Below are positions 57,983 to 64,000 of a stretch of DNA of 64,000 nt, one piece after another. Where the stretch lies: the NCBI GenBank assembly GCA_016191105.1, contig JACPPH010000004.1, forward strand, positions 65,230-129,229, written 5' to 3'. Under the pieces are notes generated by a model, which searched no databases, had not been told where the DNA came from, and worked only from the letters and a program-made list of their open reading frames with translations. The position numbers and the translations under genes were made by a program. Position 1 is the stretch's first letter, and each line of letters begins with the position of its first letter. This DNA comes from Candidatus Saccharimonadota bacterium (GTDB taxonomy: Bacteria; Patescibacteriota; Saccharimonadia; CAILAD01; BJGX01).

Positions 57983-58741
57983 ATGAAGCTTACGAGTAAA
58001 ACAAAATGCTCCGGTATGAGTTTGATCGAGGTTGTGATGGTTTTGGCCATCTCGGCGCTATTAATTACCATTGCTTTTGCAACTTTTGGCCAACGCCGAG
58101 GGGTGGCTGTAGACGACGAAGTCAATCAAATCGTAGCTCAGATCAATAAAATTCGAAACGAGGCTCAAAAGGGCAGTGGCCCCCCATCTGATAGCCCGGC
58201 ATTAACGGCTGGTGAAACTTTGTTTGGCCAGGCCATTGAATTTGATGCCCGCTGCTCAAGTAACGGCGGTAACTCCTGTATGCACATTTATAGGCTCAAG
58301 CGCGGATTTAGTACTATTTCCAATCAGCCTACCAATCAAATAAGTCCTTACGAGTCCTCGACAGATATACCTGTTACAGAGAATTTACTTTTTCAATTAG
58401 CCACCAAAAGCGGCTGTAACAACCAGTTTTACCTAGGCTACAAGCAACCTGGTAGCAGCAAGTTTTGCGACCCTTCTTTGTTTATGGGGGCCAGTCAGGC
58501 TAATCCGATGATAGTAATCGAAACCGGCTCTGGCAGAATGTCTTTCTTTAGCACCGGCCAAGCCCAAGGGTTTAATCCTAGTAAAGCCGCAAATCTAAAT
58601 AACTATACTGCTGACCGCCAGGGTGTACTACGATTGCCGATTTACCAAAAGCAAGGCGGAACCCCGGCGTCTTCGCAATACAAATATAACATCGATATTA
58701 ACCTAGCTGGCGGCAACGAAATCACAACTACAAAGCTATGA
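57983..58741 (+). CDS. Minor pilin / pseudopilin (G|MSLIEVV)
   Basis: Class III prepilin N-terminus. Confidence 0.7.
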   Translation: MKLTSKTKCSGMSLIEVVMVLAISALLITIAFATFGQRRGVAVDDEVNQIVAQINKIRNEAQKGSGPPSDSPALTAGETLFGQAIEFDARCSSNGGNSCMHIYRLKRGFSTISNQPTNQISPYESSTDIPVTENLLFQLATKSGCNNQFYLGYKQPGSSKFCDPSLFMGASQANPMIVIETGSGRMSFFSTGQAQGFNPSKAANLNNYTADRQGVLRLPIYQKQGGTPASSQYKYNIDINLAGGNEITTTKL

Positions 58742-59304
58742 CCAAGCTGAATTTAAAAACGTCAAAAGGCGATACCCTTATAGAAGTGCTGTTTGCATTT
58801 GCCATATTGGGCGCGTTAATTGGCCTAGCGTTTACTGGCATAATTAGTGCTCACAAAACAGCTGTTTCGGCCTTGCAGCGAACCCAGGCATTGGAGACCG
58901 CTCAGTACCAAGCTGAGGGCTTAAAGATGTATAGAGCATCGTTGCCTTGGGATGATAACCAAGGCACGCCAAGTTTTTTGGGCACAGTACTTAGCTCAGG
59001 GAGCGAGCAGCCCTTTTGCATGGCTACCACAAGTGGTGCAACCACTAATTGGAAGGTTCAGTCGGGCGATCTCTCGCCCTGCTGGTCAACTAGCATAAAT
59101 AAAGCCTTGAATTCACTGCCCGCTCCACCGGCTGGCGATAAGGTTGAGATAAAAGCTAAGTGTATACAGGGCATAGCTCAAACCGTTTTGCCCAGCTGCG
59201 CTAATGCCAACGCTATGCAGGCCACGATTACCGTTAGTTGGACCGACACCAGTGGTGTGCAAAGTAGTGTAAAAAACGTTGTGGTGGTAACCAGAAGCCA
59301 ATGA
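58738..59304 (+). CDS. Minor pilin / pseudopilin (G|DTLIEVL)
   Basis: Class III prepilin N-terminus. Overlapping stop and start with the upstream gene. Confidence 0.7.
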   Translation: MTKLNLKTSKGDTLIEVLFAFAILGALIGLAFTGIISAHKTAVSALQRTQALETAQYQAEGLKMYRASLPWDDNQGTPSFLGTVLSSGSEQPFCMATTSGATTNWKVQSGDLSPCWSTSINKALNSLPAPPAGDKVEIKAKCIQGIAQTVLPSCANANAMQATITVSWTDTSGVQSSVKNVVVVTRSQ

Positions 59305-59939
59305 GCAAGCCCAGCCAAAAAACCAATAATCGTGGCTTTACTTTGGTTGAATTGATATTTGCAACTGTACTAATTGGCATAATGGTAACGCTGGCCATGC
59401 AGACATTTATTGCCCTAATGCGCTTTTACACCTGGTCGCGCTACACGCAGGCCAATCAGGCTGCGGCTCGACAAACTCTAGATGATCTAACGCGCAGGAT
59501 TTCTAATAATGTAATTAGCACAACTGGCGGCGTTGGCCCTGACTCTATCTGTGTTGTCACCAACACAGGGGGCTCGCCCAAATCTACGCTGTATTTATTG
59601 GATCCAGCAGCCCATAGAATAATTGAGCGAGGTGACTATGCCACAAGTGGCTGCAAGGTGAACTTTCTAGACTACCCGAGCAAACCAGATATCTATATAT
59701 CACCAGCCAACGAAAAAATAAGCAAGCTAACATTTAACATAACCCGTGGCTCGGTTAGTGCCCCGGCCCAACCGCCCTACAACAAGGTGGGTGGTGTAGT
59801 TATTAACCTCACCATGCTAAATGTGCTCGACAGCAAAGATCCTATAACAGGAGAAGTAAAGGGATGCCAGCCAGCTGCCACTTTTTGCTCTACAGCAACT
59901 ATGACCACGGCCGTACAGGCTCAGAACGGGCTTAAGTAA
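59301..59939 (+). CDS. Minor pilin / pseudopilin (G|FTLVELI)
   Basis: Class III prepilin N-terminus. Confidence 0.7.
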   Translation: MSKPSQKTNNRGFTLVELIFATVLIGIMVTLAMQTFIALMRFYTWSRYTQANQAAARQTLDDLTRRISNNVISTTGGVGPDSICVVTNTGGSPKSTLYLLDPAAHRIIERGDYATSGCKVNFLDYPSKPDIYISPANEKISKLTFNITRGSVSAPAQPPYNKVGGVVINLTMLNVLDSKDPITGEVKGCQPAATFCSTATMTTAVQAQNGLK

Positions 59940-59954
59940 TATGATACAATTAGC

Positions 59955-61094
59955 ATGACCATTAAGAGAAAAAGATTGATTAGCAAACCAAAATTTAGTC
60001 TCAAAGAACTTTCGAAGCAGCGCGGCGTTACATCTCTATTGGTGGTGGTGGCCTTATCGCTGATCTTTATTGTAATGGTTTCGGGGTTAACTATTATTGC
60101 TATTCGCGAACAACAACAGGCCTCAACTACAGATCTAAGTAACCGTGCCTTACAAGCTGCCCAATCGGCAATTCGTGATGCCGCCCAGAAGCTGGTCGAC
60201 GCACCAAACGAAGAATATCCAAACTGTGACGGCACCGGTGCCAGCAACTTGCCTCTAGGTACCAACATCGACAATCTAATTAGGCCGCCATTGGATTTGG
60301 GTAGCAACATTACTATAGTCTGCCGCACAGTTGCCAGAACTACCGAGGTTGTAAAGGCGCCAATTGGCCAGGATAGTAGTCTACAGATCAATGCTTTTCA
60401 GCCAGCTGGCGCAAACCCTACCAAGCTAGATATTCAGTGGGACATCTCGACAGTCAAGGCGCCGGCGGCATACAACCCTAGGCCGCCGTTTCAGAATAAG
60501 CAGTTTTACATACCCAGCGATGCCTACAACTTTGCGGCTGCGCTGGAGCTAACTATTGTGTATTGGCCACGAGTTGACAACAATGGCACGGTGCCAAGTT
60601 TAAGCCAGGTGAAGACTGTTTCTACGCTGGTGCTGCCTGATCAATTCGACAAATCAACCTTGCGCCCAAGGTTTTCAGCGGCCAACCCCGACTACATTAT
60701 TGGCTCAATCTGTGACAATGGAGTCACATCGCCGTATCGTTGCAGCTTAAAAAGCAGTGATGGTGAAAAGCTTAACTTATCGAGGGTGATTGGCGCCGAT
60801 GCTGCCACATACAACATTATTCTAAAAATCGAGCCTCGTTATGCCAACACCGATGTTATGGTTCAGTTCTTTACCGATTCTGGTGGCAAAGTTAAGGTTC
60901 AGAGCGATCAAGCCACAATCGATGTCACAGCTCAGGCTGGCAACGTTTATCGCCGCCTAACTGCTACCAAACCGATTGGTAACAGCGCCGCAATAGATAG
61001 TGTTTTGCTTACCAATGGTAAGATCTGTAAGAATTTGGCCGTTGATGATAATAATGACTCAATTGGTACTAACAACTGTGGCGGGTCAGAGTAG
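59955..61094 (+). CDS. Pilus-associated membrane-anchored protein (PilX-like, lacks Glu+5)
   Basis: N-terminal hydrophobic anchor and a large C-terminal domain, at the end of the pilin operon. Confidence 0.5.
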   Translation: MTIKRKRLISKPKFSLKELSKQRGVTSLLVVVALSLIFIVMVSGLTIIAIREQQQASTTDLSNRALQAAQSAIRDAAQKLVDAPNEEYPNCDGTGASNLPLGTNIDNLIRPPLDLGSNITIVCRTVARTTEVVKAPIGQDSSLQINAFQPAGANPTKLDIQWDISTVKAPAAYNPRPPFQNKQFYIPSDAYNFAAALELTIVYWPRVDNNGTVPSLSQVKTVSTLVLPDQFDKSTLRPRFSAANPDYIIGSICDNGVTSPYRCSLKSSDGEKLNLSRVIGADAATYNIILKIEPRYANTDVMVQFFTDSGGKVKVQSDQATIDVTAQAGNVYRRLTATKPIGNSAAIDSVLLTNGKICKNLAVDDNNDSIGTNNCGGSE

Positions 61095-62006
61095 CTATTT
61101 GTTGCCGGAGTGAAACTGTTGGTGGGTTTTGCGCAACTGAGGATCGGTTACGTGGGTATAGACCTGCGTGGTAGCAATATTGGCATGGCCCAGCAGGCTC
61201 TGTACGCTACGCAGATCGGCGCCATTGCTCAATAAATCAGTTGCAAAGCTGTGTCGTAATGTGTGGGGCGTAACGTGCTTGGTGATGCCGGCTTGCTTGG
61301 CGTAGCGCTCCACCAAGCGCTGCACACTGCGCACACTGAGCCTAGTGTATTCACCGCTCTCGAGCTCGGATTTACTGCCTGAATAGTGAATGAATAGCGG
61401 CTCAAATCCGTCTTTTCGAGCCTCTAGGTAAGTTTTAATGGCTTTGTTGGCGGTTTGACTGACATAAACTGGCCTATCCTTTTGACCCTTGCCTCGCACC
61501 GAGAACTCGCCGCGGCCTAAGTGAACATCTTTGCGGTTTAAGCCAACCAGCTCCGATACGCGCAGTCCGGTGGAGAATAGTAGCTCTATAATCGCCCGAT
61601 CGCGCAGACCGGTGAGCTCAGTAGTATCAATCGTTTCTAGCAATCTACCAATCTCTTCTTCGTTCAAAAAGCTAACCTGGGGGCGTTTGGCCTGAGCTAA
61701 CTCAATTTTGTCGGCCGGCAGGCTGTTGATATCGCGTCTGGCCAAGTACTTTAGAAACGAACGCAGGGCAATCAGATGATAATTTTGGGTAACCCGAGAG
61801 ATACCTCGGCCATCTTCACCTTTATAGCGGTTGAGCCATTGGCGCCACTTACTTACGGTGTCAACGCTGATTTTGCTAACTTTTAGGTCGTTGGTAAATT
61901 CTAAAAACCGATTGAGGTAAAGCGAATAGTTTTCGATGGTTTTGAGACTCCGACCACGCTCAACCTCGAGATAGTCCAAGAAATCACTCATATACTGCGA
62001 GAACAT
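61095..62006 (-). CDS. xerD: Tyrosine recombinase XerC/XerD
   Basis: R...HxxR...Y catalytic residues ([24 protein letters not shown]). Confidence 0.85.
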   Translation of the reverse strand: MFSQYMSDFLDYLEVERGRSLKTIENYSLYLNRFLEFTNDLKVSKISVDTVSKWRQWLNRYKGEDGRGISRVTQNYHLIALRSFLKYLARRDINSLPADKIELAQAKRPQVSFLNEEEIGRLLETIDTTELTGLRDRAIIELLFSTGLRVSELVGLNRKDVHLGRGEFSVRGKGQKDRPVYVSQTANKAIKTYLEARKDGFEPLFIHYSGSKSELESGEYTRLSVRSVQRLVERYAKQAGITKHVTPHTLRHSFATDLLSNGADLRSVQSLLGHANIATTQVYTHVTDPQLRKTHQQFHSGNK

Positions 62007-62087
62007 AGCTTTAGCGTAAGCTTAAAAGTCCAGACATGCAAGTCTATTGAAGCAAGCTGGGTTTCCAGGTATAATCGAGGGCTAATC

Positions 62088-63926
62088 ATGAGCAAAATAA
62101 AACAAGAATACGATGTTGTGGTGGTTGGGGCTGGCCATGCTGGCTGTGAGGCTGCCATTGCCGCGGCCAAACTAGGCGCCCGAACACTTTTGGTGTCTAA
62201 AGACCTTAATAAGGTTGCAACCCTACCCTGCAACCCATCAGTTGGCGGTCCAGGCAAAGGGCACTTGGTGCGTGAGATAGATGCGCTGGGGGGCATAATG
62301 GCAAAAGTGGTCGATGCTAGCGCCATTCAAATTAAAGAGCTCAACACCAGCAAAGGCCCCGCCGTACGGGCTTACCGCGCCCAGCTCGACAAGACTCTTT
62401 ATAACCAGAACATGCTAGCCGAGCTAGAGTCGGCTCTAAACCTTAATTTGCTTGAAGATGAAGTTAAGGCTGTAGAATCTAAAGGTGCTAAGATCCAGGC
62501 GGTGGTGACAAGCCAAAACGGACCTATTAAGGCCAGCTCGGTAGTTATCTGTGGCGGCACCTTTTTAAACGGCGAGATTATCTTGGGCGATAAAGTAGTC
62601 AAAAAAGGCGGCCGTATGGACGAAGACTCATCGGTCGGCTTAACCGATTCGCTAATAGCGCTCGGACTCAAGCACGGCCGGCTCAAAACCGGCACGCCGC
62701 CGCGCATTCATCGTAACAGCATAGACTATTCCAAATTAGCGCTGGCACCTGGTAGCCCGGGTAAAATCAGTTTTTCGACTCCCGAGCGTGAACTTATGCC
62801 AATGGGCCAGCAAGAAACTTGTTATCTGACCTACACCAACCCCGAAACTCACCAACTGATTCTCGACAATTTTGCCGAATCAGGCAATGTATCGGGTTTG
62901 ATTACCGAAACCGGACCGCGTAGCTGTCCCAGCCTCGATCTAAAAGTTAAAAACTTTCCCCACAAACAGCGCCACCCAATATTTATCGAGCCAGAGGGTC
63001 GACCAAGCGATCCAAAATGTGGCCAGCGCATGTACTTGCAAGGTTGTAGTACGGCCTTTAGCTCCGGATGGCAAGAAAGAATCTTCCGTACTATAAAGGG
63101 GTTAGAGAGGGCGGAATTCCTAAGCTATGGTTACGCCGTACGCTACGATTTCTTTTTGCCCCACCAGCTTAAGAACACGCTCGAAACCAAGGTTTGTAAC
63201 GGACTTTACTTGGCTGGCCAAATGAACGGCACCACTGGCTATGAGGAGGCTGCCGCTCAAGGCCTGATAGCTGGCATAAATGCTGCTCTAAGGCTGCAAA
63301 ACAAACCCGAATTTATACTCGACCGGGCTGAGGCTTACATTGGAGTGTTAATCGAAGATTTGGTTACCAAGGTGCATGTTGAGCCCTACAGAATGTTTAC
63401 CAGCCGTGCTGAGTACCGGCTATTACTACGCAACGACAACGCCGATGCCCGCTTGAGCCAAAAGGGCTATGAGCTAGGTCTAATTAGCAAAAACCGCTTC
63501 GATGCCGTAAAAGTTAGACAGGTCCAGATAGAACTGGCCATATTAGGGCTCAAAAAGGCCAAGCGAAAGGCTGGCGGCAAAACTATAAGCGCCTATGAAT
63601 ATTTGCGTCGGCCCCAGATCACATTGGCAGAAACTATGAGCCAATTTGGAGTTAGTGTAGCCGATGCGATTGCCTATAATGTCGAAGTTGAAGTTAAATA
63701 CCAAGGGTACTTCGATAAACAGCGGCGCGAAGCTACAAAATTGCAAGCTCAGCAAGCCTTTAAGTTGCCAAAACTGGATTATTCTAGCATCAAGGGCTTA
63801 CGCAATGAGGCCAAAGCCCGATTAGCGGAGGTGCAACCTACATCACTAGCCCAAGCTTCGTTGATCCAAGGGGTAACCCCGGCCGACCTAAGTATTGTAA
63901 TGGTTATGGCTCACCGACAGCATTGA
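62088..63926 (+). CDS. mnmG: tRNA uridine 5-carboxymethylaminomethyl modification enzyme MnmG (GidA)
   Basis: FAD-binding [31 protein letters not shown] block, ~610 aa. Confidence 0.92.
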   Translation: MSKIKQEYDVVVVGAGHAGCEAAIAAAKLGARTLLVSKDLNKVATLPCNPSVGGPGKGHLVREIDALGGIMAKVVDASAIQIKELNTSKGPAVRAYRAQLDKTLYNQNMLAELESALNLNLLEDEVKAVESKGAKIQAVVTSQNGPIKASSVVICGGTFLNGEIILGDKVVKKGGRMDEDSSVGLTDSLIALGLKHGRLKTGTPPRIHRNSIDYSKLALAPGSPGKISFSTPERELMPMGQQETCYLTYTNPETHQLILDNFAESGNVSGLITETGPRSCPSLDLKVKNFPHKQRHPIFIEPEGRPSDPKCGQRMYLQGCSTAFSSGWQERIFRTIKGLERAEFLSYGYAVRYDFFLPHQLKNTLETKVCNGLYLAGQMNGTTGYEEAAAQGLIAGINAALRLQNKPEFILDRAEAYIGVLIEDLVTKVHVEPYRMFTSRAEYRLLLRNDNADARLSQKGYELGLISKNRFDAVKVRQVQIELAILGLKKAKRKAGGKTISAYEYLRRPQITLAETMSQFGVSVADAIAYNVEVEVKYQGYFDKQRREATKLQAQQAFKLPKLDYSSIKGLRNEAKARLAEVQPTSLAQASLIQGVTPADLSIVMVMAHRQH

Positions 63927-64000
63927 GCCAATGCGATGCGCTAATTCTCAAGGCCACACGGGCGTGCTAAACTAAGTGTAAGACCGTAACTCTTCAAGGA

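Overview
The backbone of this window is a streamlined, roughly 45-50% GC (estimated by eye) genome that resembles Saccharibacteria (TM7/CPR). It carries replication, repair and RNA-turnover genes, ribosomal proteins, and a complete type IV pilus cluster next to a large secreted protein. Housekeeping genes called: dnaG, rpoD, polA, a NUDIX hydrolase, fpg, holA, rpsT, truB, rpsO, pnp, a family-4 UDG, RNase J, ftsK, rodZ-like, recA, recX, rpsF-ssb-rpsR, efp, ychF, xerC/D and mnmG. The pilus cluster is pilM-N-O-B-T-C, a major pilin, pilD and four minor pilins. At least ten short high-GC islands (by eye ~60-65% GC) interrupt this backbone. Each is built like a self-contained cassette: a host-type sigma70 or extended -10 promoter in AT-rich DNA, a strong AGGAGG-type Shine-Dalgarno, one to four small ORFs with no recognisable function, then a perfect-stem hairpin terminator. 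Two of the islands (approx. 9651-11580 and 13071-13758) share left-end and right-end junction motifs and homologous small 'RRRL' membrane proteins. The identical 12-nt left-end motif gives two unrelated host genes the same C-terminus (LPKT*). This is the signature of a family of site-inserting cassettes, most plausibly acquired from a high-GC donor such as an actinobacterial host or its phage. A chimeric contig is the alternative explanation. The window also contains: a structured non-coding element in three copies with a compensatory base change; two paralogous GIY-YIG nuclease genes, one inside a hairpin-flanked mini-element; an IS200/IS605-like element with hairpin ends plus a solo-end remnant; a duplicated promoter-plus-signal-peptide module fused to two different payloads, one of them high-GC; and an AT-rich island encoding a wHTH-GHKL ATPase-STAS protein behind a 6x CTATGT repeat array. 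No CRISPR array, rRNA or convincing tRNA was found.
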